NCBI GenBank assembly: GCA_050309735.1 | Contig: JBNRMS010000030.1 | Span: 1-62,990, forward strand | Length of the DNA: 62,990 nucleotides | Direction of reading: 5' to 3' | From: Eubacteriales bacterium | GTDB lineage: Bacteria; Bacillota; Clostridia; Oscillospirales; CAG-272 | Part shown: positions 27,823 to 36,941 of the stretch, piece after piece | Layout: the number at the start of each line of letters is the position of its first letter | How positions within the stretch are numbered: position 1 is the stretch's first letter | Program-made: the position numbers and the translations under genes | The notes under the pieces: generated by a model | Seen by the model: only the letters and a program-made list of their open reading frames with translations | What the model was told of the DNA's origin: nothing | Database searches by the model: none

Positions 27823-28908
27823 TTAGACAACCACAAATCCCGACACATCGCCCGGCACGCGTCGGCACAGGGTAAGGCGAGAGGTGTGGAGGCTCTCGGG
27901 TGCGGGAGTGCGGCCGTTGTAGGACATATAGAAATATCCGTCACCGAATGAATACATCCCGGTCTGCCCCATCGGGTATGTCAGTCCGCGAATGCCGCTC
28001 GCCTGGTGGAGCGCGCCCTCATCTTTCAGGGTCAGAAGCAGCCCTCGCTCTCCCCCTCTGCCGCGAAGCTCGCCCTCTTTTGGCGCGGCCGCGCCGTCGA
28101 TAATGTACATCGGATAGTTGGGGAATTTTGGCTTCTTACCGATATATACTGCGGCATACCAGTCGCCTGTGAAGGCATCGTACTCAAGATTCTGTATTCC
28201 CCATGTGGTGTTTCCTGTATATATAAAATACTTCCGGTCGTGCGCCGGCCCCGAATGATGGGGCTGACCCTGAAGGAGCGGACGCTCATAAGCCGAAAAT
28301 TTGCGCCAGTCAAAACAGAGGAGTATATTGTGGTCGTTTGAGGCTCGAGCGGGGTCGCCGTAAATCCCGTAGGCTATCATCAGCATATCCTCCCCCCCGC
28401 TCTTGCCGAAATCGGGGCCGAAGGAAAGACCGTCAACACCCGAACAACCGTAGCGGTGGGGCTTCCCGTCCGGGTCGGTTGAGGTATAGTCGGCAACAAC
28501 CTCGCCAAGATATATCGAGGTCATGATTCCGTCGCGCTCGGCGTCCATACCGACCCGGTCAATCTTATCGACATCGAATATCGCGATATAGAAGGCCTCT
28601 TCCTTGGCAATCTCGCGGCCGGTGCTCTTCATTATGCCCTTGCCTATTGCGTCGTGCTTGAGCTCAAGCGAACCGTAAACCCGACCGTCCGAATCATTAA
28701 AGTCTATACAGCCAAGATGACCGAGAAGCCCTTCGACACTGCCGACGATATTGCCCATAAGGTCTGTTTTTACAAGAACGGTAGTAAAGGAAAAATAGAC
28801 ATATTTGCCCGCCGTATCAAGCGCAACTCCCTGAACATGGCCGTTTTTCCACTTTCCCCCGTCGATCACGCGGGGAAATATCTTTTTATCCGACATTGTT
28901 TTTATCAA
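27823..28908 (-). CDS. Conserved-looking hypothetical protein, no family recognised
   Basis: 361-aa uninterrupted ORF in an operon-like array with the ABC pair and the M14-like gene. It has no signal peptide or TM by eye and no motif I can name. Confidence 0.6.
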   Translation of the reverse strand: MIKTMSDKKIFPRVIDGGKWKNGHVQGVALDTAGKYVYFSFTTVLVKTDLMGNIVGSVEGLLGHLGCIDFNDSDGRVYGSLELKHDAIGKGIMKSTGREIAKEEAFYIAIFDVDKIDRVGMDAERDGIMTSIYLGEVVADYTSTDPDGKPHRYGCSGVDGLSFGPDFGKSGGEDMLMIAYGIYGDPARASNDHNILLCFDWRKFSAYERPLLQGQPHHSGPAHDRKYFIYTGNTTWGIQNLEYDAFTGDWYAAVYIGKKPKFPNYPMYIIDGAAAPKEGELRGRGGERGLLLTLKDEGALHQASGIRGLTYPMGQTGMYSFGDGYFYMSYNGRTPAPESLHTSRLTLCRRVPGDVSGFVVV

Positions 28909-28949
28909 TCCCTTCGATATAAAATTTTATTTTTGCAGCCCCCGGCCTG

Positions 28950-30011
28950 TCAGACAGTTCCGGAAGAAAGATAATCGCGTATCGCCCTGCCGAAGGCGCG
29001 GCCGAAGGCCGTTGCGTTTTCCTCGGTAAACTCCGATCCAGCAAACCCAAAATAGGGGGTTTCAAAGGTTATTGAGGTTTTCAGGCTTGAGTTTTTGAGG
29101 AAATGATTTTTGAAGTTCGGGGTCTGGCTGCTGTTCCAGCCGGCGCCGGCGCCCGCGTCGTGAGTAGCGTCATACGACATGGGCAGCCCGCTCGATGCCT
29201 TTATCAGAAGGTTGCAGAAACGCTCCTGCCAGGCGTTGTCATCTGTGTTTGAGCGAGCGACAAAGGGGAAATCGCTCCGTCTCCCGCCCAGATGGTCGGG
29301 CGCATGGAAATCAAAGGCCGCCGCAACCTTAAGCTCCATAATCTTCCGGCAGACATCGTATATCGGGGCGTCGGTGTAGTCGCGGTTGTGGTCGTGGGGA
29401 GCGCGGTTCTTGCCCTGGTCGCCCTCGATAACGCCGTCAAGATCAACAAAGGGAATGGTGAGCACCCGATATCCCTTTGGCATCTCCTCAGAAAACTCGC
29501 AAAGGATGCCCTCAATCATGTAATTCCCGGGCGACTCGCAGGCGTGGTGCCGCGCGGTCATAAGAATAATATCCTCTCCCTCTCCCATCTCATAGGCGTA
29601 TATCACTCTCCCCTTTGGCGAGGTGGCAAAGGGGAATTTTTTCATACCGAGCCGGGCAGCAAGGCTGTCGTGCCGGTCGGTTGAATAGTACATATCGTGC
29701 GCGAAATATACAAGATTTTCATCTTGGCCGAAGGTGTATGTAAAAGACTCGGTTCCGTCCTCATACACATGCCGCGAGCCGCTCCAGTTCCATCTCAAAA
29801 GATCATGGCTCACCGCTCCGCCCCAGTAACCGACTCGTTTTTTCTCGTCAAACCGGAAGGTAATTGTTCTGCCGCCGGCACCGCGCACGCAAAACGCCCA
29901 ATAAAACCAGTCGCCTTTTGTGTCGCGCAACTCGTTTTTCAGAACAACCGTGTCGCCCTCAATTTTAATAACCCGAATATTACCGCCCGGGAAGCTGGTT
30001 GATATCTCCAT
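28950..30011 (-). CDS. M14-family metallocarboxypeptidase-like protein (cytosolic carboxypeptidase-like, with N-terminal beta-sandwich domain)
   Basis: Zn motif HHACE (HxxE) in LMTARHHACESPGNY. VDLDGVIEGDQGKNRAPHDHNRDY resembles the PDG...R...G.DLNR segment. The N-terminal FPGGNIRVIKIEGDTVVLKNELRDTKGDWFYWAFCVRG resembles the M14 N-domain. I prefer the ATG at 30011 (GGAAGG RBS). Confidence 0.7.
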   Translation of the reverse strand: MEISTSFPGGNIRVIKIEGDTVVLKNELRDTKGDWFYWAFCVRGAGGRTITFRFDEKKRVGYWGGAVSHDLLRWNWSGSRHVYEDGTESFTYTFGQDENLVYFAHDMYYSTDRHDSLAARLGMKKFPFATSPKGRVIYAYEMGEGEDIILMTARHHACESPGNYMIEGILCEFSEEMPKGYRVLTIPFVDLDGVIEGDQGKNRAPHDHNRDYTDAPIYDVCRKIMELKVAAAFDFHAPDHLGGRRSDFPFVARSNTDDNAWQERFCNLLIKASSGLPMSYDATHDAGAGAGWNSSQTPNFKNHFLKNSSLKTSITFETPYFGFAGSEFTEENATAFGRAFGRAIRDYLSSGTV

Positions 30012-30175
30012 AAAATTAGCCTTCCATTTATTTTTAATTATTACTCCGATCATTATACAATATTTTCTATTAAATTTCAATCTATTTAAGCATTATAAAT
30101 ATTAATTTTAGCCGGTGCGCAAAAAAGCGCACCGGCTCACTACAAAGACAAAGAGAGCAGTCTCTCGCCTTGACC

Positions 30176-32620
30176 CTAATATCCCGCAATCCTGACAATC
30201 ACTACCGACAGGTCATCTTGGCTGCCATGGCTTCCGGCGCGGCCTATAATTTTATTTGCCATGCGCGAGAGATCGTCCTCCCATTCGTGGGATAGCAAAT
30301 CAGCCAACCAGCCTCCCTCTCTCCTCTGCTCAACCACGCCGCACGCGTCGGCAACGCCGTCGCTCACCATGACAATAATATCGCCCTCGCAAAGCTCAAG
30401 TCTTGTTATCTGCGCGTCAAGCGCGCTCAATATGCCGATAGGCACAGTTTGAGAGTGAAGACGAAAAATATCGCCCGAGCGGCGGATGTAGGTCGGCGCC
30501 GCCCCGCTTTTGATAAGCGACGCATCGCCACTGATAAGGTCAATCTCAAGGAGGTCAACCGTGGCCGAACATTCAATATCCCGCGCCCCGCCGCGCGAGC
30601 GGAGCACGCCGTTGAGCATACGCAGGGCGGTAGTAATCCTGTTTCCGGCCATAAGCATTTTTTCAAGAAAAAGAGAGCTGACACCCGAACTGAAAGCGGC
30701 GGCTCCTCCGGTTCCCATGCCGTCGCTGATAAGAGCGTAAAAGTAATCACGGCAAGTTTCAAACATAACCACGCTGTCGCCGCAAACCCCGTCGGGAGAG
30801 TCGGCAGCCGCGGCCGTCTGGCAGACCCGCTCGACAGAATAGCGGCGGCGGGTGCTCAGTGTCATTGCAAGGCGCCCCTCCTTTTTTTTGCTTGAAAATT
30901 CAAAGAGAGGATCCTCAAGCGCCGAACCGGTTACCTCCTCAAGGCTCCGGCGGAGCACATCAACATCACACCTCGCGCTCCGAGGCTCAATTCCCCGAGC
31001 CGAGATATATTTTCTCCTGCTCCCCCAAACATACAGCACCTCGGGCTCTATCCCGAGCCGACCGAGCGCTGCCGCCACCCTCTCCTCGATGGCGTCCGAG
31101 CGGTTGTATTCCTCGCGCTGCTCGGCAACGGCGTCGGCAAGAATGCGCGATATGGCGTCATAATCAAGCGCGAAGAGACTTATTTTTTCACTCCTGAATA
31201 CCGCCTCGGTGAGCGACGCGCACCCCGCGTTTATCTCCGCGATAATATCCTTAATGCTATTGCATCGCCTCTTTATCTGCTCTGGCACGCAGCCGACATC
31301 GGCTCGCCCCTTTTCGTGCAATTCGGCGCAGATCCTTGCCACCATGTCAAGCGAAGAACCATATTCAAGATTCCAGCAGATTTCCCGCCTGACACAGCCG
31401 GCGCAGGATTTATCAAAAATCCTGTCGCAGATGCGCCGAAGGTCGATTATTCCCGGCCTGCGAAGCCTGTCGCTTAGGTTATAGAAGACCTCGGAGAGCG
31501 CCGCGAAACTCTCGGAGACGGCGCTCAGCCTCTCCTCGTCTGATTTGATTCGGCTCTTTGCCCACTCGGCCTCGGCTCTAAAGACTTCTTCGCGCCCCAC
31601 CGCCGTCTCGGCGGCAGAGAGAGCATCGCCGATAAGTCCGGCTCGCTCGGCGCCGCAAAAGGCTGCGGCCGCAAGCAGAAGGGCGGGGAGAAGTCGGGTC
31701 AATGAGTCGATTCCATCTATATAAATTCCCCACATCATCCCCCCGGCAAAAGCAGCCGAGGCCGCAAGAGTGGGCGACAGACCGCAGAGCATTCCCTCGG
31801 CTATCGCGGCAAGGACAAAAAGAGGAGCGTAAACCGGGTCGCAGGCAATTCCCAGCACAAGGCCTGCCGAAGCACCGGCTAAAATTCCGTGGCGCCGGCA
31901 GATAAGCAGTGTCATAAAAAATGCTCCGAAAACGGCCGCCGATATCCCCATTATATTGATATCCCTTGCCGCATAGCATATTCCGGCCATAAGCGCCGCC
32001 CCTCCCGCAAGGTAGCACGCGTCAAACTTTGTCTTGCCCTCCTGCCCGCCGAGATATCCGGCAAACAACCACACAAAGGCAGGAGACGCAACAATGGCAA
32101 AAATCGCCCCAAAAAGATCGTAATAGCGATACCCGCCAACAATTATAGCATAAAGACTGATAATAAATGCAGAGACAGAGGCCGCCGTCATCCGCAGGCT
32201 CACACTCTCGTTAAACAAGCGCAGGCGCAGCGCCTTGAGCCGGGCGCCCGGCGGCGGGGCCGGCTCGTCCATGTCAGCGGTATCTATAAATATCCGGGTG
32301 ACAACCCGCAGCAGCAGGGCTATTATATATACACCTATGTAGACAGACGGATAGGGCGCGGCAGGATATGCCGAGGCGATAAGACCACCTAATATAAAAG
32401 GAATTTTCGCCCCCGAGGCACAAAGCAGCGCCACGCCGAGCGGATAGCTGCCAAAGAAAAGCCGGCAACTGCCGAGCAGATAGGCAACCCCCGCATATGC
32501 AAGTCCGCGTATCCCCTCGTCGACCAAAATCTTTCGGCTCACCCCAAAGAAAGAGAAATGCCTTCCCTCTCTCCCGCCGAACGCTTGTCCGCGCGGATTG
32601 TATTTTCTTTCTTCCTGCAT
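30176..32620 (-). CDS. spoIIE: Stage II sporulation protein E (membrane PP2C phosphatase)
   Basis: 814 aa. About 10 N-terminal TM helices, a central regulatory region, and a C-terminal PP2C domain (LISDGMGTGGAAAFSS, VMVSDGV). Confidence 0.9.
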   Translation of the reverse strand: MQEERKYNPRGQAFGGREGRHFSFFGVSRKILVDEGIRGLAYAGVAYLLGSCRLFFGSYPLGVALLCASGAKIPFILGGLIASAYPAAPYPSVYIGVYIIALLLRVVTRIFIDTADMDEPAPPPGARLKALRLRLFNESVSLRMTAASVSAFIISLYAIIVGGYRYYDLFGAIFAIVASPAFVWLFAGYLGGQEGKTKFDACYLAGGAALMAGICYAARDINIMGISAAVFGAFFMTLLICRRHGILAGASAGLVLGIACDPVYAPLFVLAAIAEGMLCGLSPTLAASAAFAGGMMWGIYIDGIDSLTRLLPALLLAAAAFCGAERAGLIGDALSAAETAVGREEVFRAEAEWAKSRIKSDEERLSAVSESFAALSEVFYNLSDRLRRPGIIDLRRICDRIFDKSCAGCVRREICWNLEYGSSLDMVARICAELHEKGRADVGCVPEQIKRRCNSIKDIIAEINAGCASLTEAVFRSEKISLFALDYDAISRILADAVAEQREEYNRSDAIEERVAAALGRLGIEPEVLYVWGSRRKYISARGIEPRSARCDVDVLRRSLEEVTGSALEDPLFEFSSKKKEGRLAMTLSTRRRYSVERVCQTAAAADSPDGVCGDSVVMFETCRDYFYALISDGMGTGGAAAFSSGVSSLFLEKMLMAGNRITTALRMLNGVLRSRGGARDIECSATVDLLEIDLISGDASLIKSGAAPTYIRRSGDIFRLHSQTVPIGILSALDAQITRLELCEGDIIVMVSDGVADACGVVEQRREGGWLADLLSHEWEDDLSRMANKIIGRAGSHGSQDDLSVVIVRIAGY

Positions 32621-33002
32621 TTTTGACCTCCGTATTAATCTTCACGCCGTCTTGGATTATAATAATATAACAAAAAGGTTATAAAACCGGTCGGAAAAAA
32701 GCAGGCGGCTTGTGAAGTATCAAGGCGGGCAATCGCGCGAAATGTCCGCGTTTGCTGTTTTGAGGGCTTAGGCAAGTATTTTAAAAGTCGCTTGAGCATC
32801 ATAATGGTATTATATGTTAAATTTTATCGAACGATTTTTAAATTTATAAATTAATATTTGAATCACCCCCTTCCTTTTTATGTGTTAGTATGCTAAAATA
32901 TATCCACGGTCAATTTTTTGGGAAAGATTTTTCCTTGTTAATGCTGAAATATATGCAATTTAATTTTATCAGGTCGCCCCCAGGCGGTGAGGAAGGAGAT
33001 AT

Positions 33003-33479
33003 ATGGATTCGATCATAAAATGCTGTTTTACCGGTCACCGCTCAATATCCTATCGAAATATGTTGAAGCTTGACGCACTGCTTGATGAAACCATCCGCGC
33101 ACTCGCCGCCGGAGGTGTTCGGGTTTTCCGTACCGGGGGGGCGATAGGCTTTGACACTCTGGCGGCGATGAAAATTCTCGACCTTCGCGATGAGCTTGGT
33201 ATAGAGCTTGAGCTGATATTGCCCTGCCGGGATCAAACGCGGGGCTGGAGCGCGCGCGATAAAAAATATTACAATTTTATTCTTGCTTCCTGCGACCGCT
33301 CATTCTACATAAGCGACAGATATACACGCGACTGTATGCTCGAACGCGACCGCAAGCTTGTTGAGGGTTGCGTCCGTTGCGTCGCCTATTGCATCAAAAG
33401 TTCTGGTGGAACAGCCTATACAATGGCGTATGCCCTTCAGAATGGTATTAATGTAATCAACCTTGCCGAGTATATATGA
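33003..33479 (+). CDS. SLOG-fold DUF1273 (YpsA-like) protein
   Basis: 158 aa. CCFTGHR near the N-terminus, GGAIGFDTLAA, and GGTAYTMAYA. GGAAGGAG RBS. Confidence 0.8.
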   Translation: MDSIIKCCFTGHRSISYRNMLKLDALLDETIRALAAGGVRVFRTGGAIGFDTLAAMKILDLRDELGIELELILPCRDQTRGWSARDKKYYNFILASCDRSFYISDRYTRDCMLERDRKLVEGCVRCVAYCIKSSGGTAYTMAYALQNGINVINLAEYI

Positions 33480-33490
33480 CGGTGATGCGA

Positions 33491-33539
33491 AAAGGCCTCC
33501 GGGAGCTTCCACATGGAATCTCCCGGAGGCCTTTTTTTC
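33491..33539. terminator. Bidirectional intrinsic terminator
   Basis: AAAGGCCTCCGGGAG-14 nt-CTCCCGGAGGCCTTT followed by TTTTT, between convergent genes. Confidence 0.85.
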
Positions 33540-33561
33540 TTTCTTTCTTTCTTTCTGTCAC

Positions 33562-34329
33562 TCATCCCTCATACACATCGTCAATATTCAGCGATGCGAT
33601 GGCGGTTTGGTCGAAATAATCAAGGGGATTGACATGGACACCCGCGATAGTCATTTCGAGGTGGAGGTGCGGCTCCTCGGCTATCTCTATCATGGCGCTG
33701 TTTCCAACCGAGCCGATAAGCTGACCGGCGCGGACGCTCACACCCTCGGCAATGCCCTCGGCAGGCGCAGGACCAAGATTACGATAGATTGTATAGGTGT
33801 CGTTACCGTGTTTGATTGAGATGCAGTAACCCATTTTCACATCCTCCCAAACCTGCGCGATGACACCGTCTGCCGCCGCGTAGACCGGTGCGTTTTCCTC
33901 GGTGGCGATATCAATGCCGAGGTGGACGCGGTAATCTCTCATTGTCAGCGACCAGACCTGGAGGGCCTCGTCATGGAAGGCCGAGAGCACTCCGCCGCAG
34001 GGGAGAACCAGGGCCGGCACCGTGTCGCCCACATTGGCGGCGTCGGTGTCCTCGGGGCTGTTAACACTGGGTGTTGCCGTAGTTGTCGGCGTGTTTGTGA
34101 CGGGGGGAGTGGTTGTTTCGGGGACTTTGGTGGTGATTGGCGAGTGGCTCTCGGTTACGCCCGAGGTTACCGGACCGGTGTCGGTATCACCCGATCTTTT
34201 TTTTGCCCTGTTCGCAGCAACTGTTATAGCGATTATAACCGCAAGAGCAACGAGCAGTGTAACGGCAGTGATGTAAACGGCACGGTTGGGCTTGAGTTTC
34301 TTGAAAAAGCTTGATAATTTGTTATCCAT
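33562..34329 (-). CDS. Membrane-anchored M23 (LytM-type) metallopeptidase
   Basis: 255 aa. N-terminal TM, a Thr/Pro-rich linker, and the M23 motifs HLGIDIA and PHLHLEM. The architecture resembles SpoIIQ-type proteins, but I cannot assign that. Confidence 0.85.
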   Translation of the reverse strand: MDNKLSSFFKKLKPNRAVYITAVTLLVALAVIIAITVAANRAKKRSGDTDTGPVTSGVTESHSPITTKVPETTTPPVTNTPTTTATPSVNSPEDTDAANVGDTVPALVLPCGGVLSAFHDEALQVWSLTMRDYRVHLGIDIATEENAPVYAAADGVIAQVWEDVKMGYCISIKHGNDTYTIYRNLGPAPAEGIAEGVSVRAGQLIGSVGNSAMIEIAEEPHLHLEMTIAGVHVNPLDYFDQTAIASLNIDDVYEG

Positions 34330-34496
34330 ACTTTTACGCTCCTTTGAAGGTTTTCAATCTTTATTTTTGCCCTTCTTAGCCTGTTTATTCAGAAGCTGTA
34401 AAAATATATTAGAAATATTTCCTTAAAATATGACATTTGATGGGGGCGGTGGATATTTAATTTCATAGAAAATTATATTGTAAAATGTCGTTTTAA

Positions 34497-34602
34497 TGAT
34501 ATAATATGTACATTGGCAGGTTTCAGAGAAACCTGCAATGTCGCAAAGGTGAGGTAGGGCATGGGAGAGATTCACTTACGAATATGAATATACGCATTGG
34601 CA
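34497..34602 (+). repeat. Dispersed repeat family 1, copy B
   Basis: TGATATAAT (34497-34505), ATGTACATTGGCAG, hairpin 34516-34536 GCAGGTTTCagaGAAACCTGC, AATGTCGCAA, GGTGAGGTAGGGCATGGGAGAGATTCACTTACGAATATG, then a partial restart ATATACGCATTGGCA. Confidence 0.85.
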
Positions 34603-34636
34603 CTCGGTCAACAGAAAGGCATGGTCGACATTACAT

Positions 34637-35506
34637 ATGAGATTATTGGCAAAAAAATCAACACTCTTTTTCTTTATCGTTCTTAAGGGCGCTCTTGTCG
34701 GCATGGCGGGGATAATGCCCGGCATAAGCGGCGGCGTTTTTATGCTCGTTTTCGGCTTTTACGAACCCTTCATGGAGGTGCTGTCAAAACCAAAAACAGG
34801 GCTTGCGCGGCACTGGCGGCTTATCCTCCCGTTTGTCACCGGCGTGGCGGTCGGATTCTGGATTACGGCGGTTTTCCTCTCTCAAATCTTCTCGGGATTT
34901 GAGAAAGAGTCTACCTGTCTTTTTGCCGGGATAGTGGCGGGGATGTTCCCCTCAATGTTCCGAGATGCCAACAAAAAAGGCCGGCTTCCCGGCTCGCGCA
35001 CCGCGCTTTTCACGGGCACATTTTTTATGCTTGCCCTGCTTCTCTTTCTCCGGTTCGGAACCGGAATAGAGGTCGAGCCGAATGCCGGATGGTATATTTT
35101 CAGCGGCATTCTGTGGGGGCTTTCGATGATAATCCCCGGGCTGAATTCAACCTCGCTACTGCTTTTTATGGGGCTTTACATATCGATGACCCGGGGGCTT
35201 AGCAGACTTGAGATGCCGGTCTTAATACCCTGGCTTATCGGAATCGCGCTGGCTCTTCTTGTTTTCTCGCGCGGGGTCGGCTTTGTTTTTGGAAGGTACT
35301 ACAGTATCGCTATGCACGCAATAATCGGCACGGTGCTTGCCTCCACGATAATGATAATCCCGCTTGAATACGAGGACGCGGGGCAGCTTATATTGTGCGC
35401 CTTCCTTGCGCTCCTCGGCGTACTCTTGGCCGTCGGACTTGACTGGATTGACAGAATAATGCGCGTGAAATATTTAGCCGCAGGCGGCCAGAAAGAAAAT
35501 TTGTAG
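34637..35506 (+). CDS. DUF368-family polytopic membrane protein (family recently linked to undecaprenyl-phosphate recycling)
   Basis: 289 aa, about 8 TM. GIMPGISGGVFMLVFGFYE and IIPGLNSTSLLLFMGLY resemble the duplicated DUF368 signature. Confidence 0.75.
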   Translation: MRLLAKKSTLFFFIVLKGALVGMAGIMPGISGGVFMLVFGFYEPFMEVLSKPKTGLARHWRLILPFVTGVAVGFWITAVFLSQIFSGFEKESTCLFAGIVAGMFPSMFRDANKKGRLPGSRTALFTGTFFMLALLLFLRFGTGIEVEPNAGWYIFSGILWGLSMIIPGLNSTSLLLFMGLYISMTRGLSRLEMPVLIPWLIGIALALLVFSRGVGFVFGRYYSIAMHAIIGTVLASTIMIIPLEYEDAGQLILCAFLALLGVLLAVGLDWIDRIMRVKYLAAGGQKENL

Positions 35507-35525
35507 TTTATTTATTTATATAATA

Positions 35526-35630
35526 ACATAGTCGCAAGTGAATTTCTCCCATGTGTTTCTTCTCTTTTGCGACATCGCAGCTTTTTGCAAAAGCTGCCAA
35601 TGTGTATATTTAATAATAATGTGTATATTT
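35526..35630 (-). repeat. Dispersed repeat family 1, copy C (inverted relative to copy B)
   Basis: The reverse complement reads AAATATACACATTGGCAGCTTTTGCAAAAAGCTGCGATGTCGCAAAAGAGAAGAAACACATGGGAGAAATTCACTTGCGACTATG. The hairpin is at 35577-35597. The 5' AAATATACACATT segment is duplicated. Confidence 0.85.
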
Positions 35631-35641
35631 AATAATTTAAT

Positions 35642-35690
35642 AAATGGATAGCTTTCGGGGCATTTCCCAAAAAGCTATCCATTTAATTTA
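35642..35690. terminator. Bidirectional terminator between the DUF368 gene region and the DMT gene
   Basis: AAATGGATAGCTTT-loop-AAAGCTATCCATTT is flanked by A/T runs. Confidence 0.7.
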
Positions 35691-35713
35691 TTTAATTTAA
35701 TTTTTTGTTGCTT

Positions 35714-36655
35714 TTATTTCTTATTCTTAGCTCTCCTGCCGAACACTCTTGCCGGAAGCTGAGCCAGCACAACGGCGACAAGCATCAAAGCGCAGCCGAA
35801 ATATTCCCGCCCCTGCATCTTTTCCCGAAGGAAAATCGCCCCGGCAACAGCGGCAAAAAGCGATTCAAGGCTGAGAACAAGTGCAACGACAGTCGGGTTT
35901 GAGTCTTTTTGCGCGAGCATCTGAAGGGTATAGGCAACGCCGCTCGAAAATATACCGATATAAAGAAGCTGCCAGAAGCAGGCCATAATTCCCGATGCCG
36001 TTGGCTGCTCGAATAGCAGCATAAGGATTCCAGACTCGATTCCCATTATAAAAAATTGCGCGAACGACAGTGTAATTCCGTCAATATATTTTGTAAAATG
36101 GTCTATTATCAAAATATGAATTGAGAAAACAAAGGCGCAAAGGATAACATAAAGGTCGCCGGTCGACAAGAAAAAGCTCTCGTCTATGCAAAGAAAATAA
36201 AGTCCCGTCGCAGCAAGCGCCACGCTGCCCAAAACGACGAAAGGCACCTTTTTCCGGAGAAAAATCCCGAGTATCGGAACTATAACAATATAGAGCGCGG
36301 TGATAAATCCGGCCTTCCCGGCCGAGGTTTCGGCCATCCCGCGCTGCTGCAAGCTTGAGGCAAGAGTTAGCATACTGCCGCAGAGCAGTCCGCCAAGGAT
36401 AAGCTTGACCCGGTACTTCTTTGTATCAGCCTCACCGCCGGCCACGCCCGACGGCGCATTTTTTCTGCGCTTCTTAATAATATTTATTACGATGAGCACA
36501 AGCCCGAGAAAGGCAATCGCAATGGCGGCTCTGACGGCATTGAAGGTAAAAGGCCCGATATGCTCGGCTATAACGCTCTGAGCCGCGAAAGCCGTTCCCC
36601 AAATGAGGGCGGCAATAAAGGGAAGGATTACTTGTCGTGTGTAACTGTGTTTCAT
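35714..36655 (-). CDS. DMT superfamily (EamA-like) transporter
   Basis: 313 aa, 10 predicted TM in two homologous halves. Confidence 0.8.
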   Translation of the reverse strand: MKHSYTRQVILPFIAALIWGTAFAAQSVIAEHIGPFTFNAVRAAIAIAFLGLVLIVINIIKKRRKNAPSGVAGGEADTKKYRVKLILGGLLCGSMLTLASSLQQRGMAETSAGKAGFITALYIVIVPILGIFLRKKVPFVVLGSVALAATGLYFLCIDESFFLSTGDLYVILCAFVFSIHILIIDHFTKYIDGITLSFAQFFIMGIESGILMLLFEQPTASGIMACFWQLLYIGIFSSGVAYTLQMLAQKDSNPTVVALVLSLESLFAAVAGAIFLREKMQGREYFGCALMLVAVVLAQLPARVFGRRAKNKK

Positions 36656-36941
36656 ATAAACCGCGCTTTCAGTGTTATCGCTATGTATTTCCGGTAGCCA
36701 AGTTTTGTGCCGGCAGCGTCACAACGCTCGGTGTTTGAAGAGACATTTGTTTTCTTAACAAACTATCGGTAAGGGCGAATGTATTTTACTCCGAACACTA
36801 TAACATAATATTTATTGAAAGTCAATGCACTGCTATTTTTTTGCGCCTCACTAAATAACGCTTGACAAAAACAGGCTTTTTGTGTACGATTAAACTGTTC
36901 GGGTAATTTGCCCGAAAAACTTATATGGAAGGAGCGGGACT

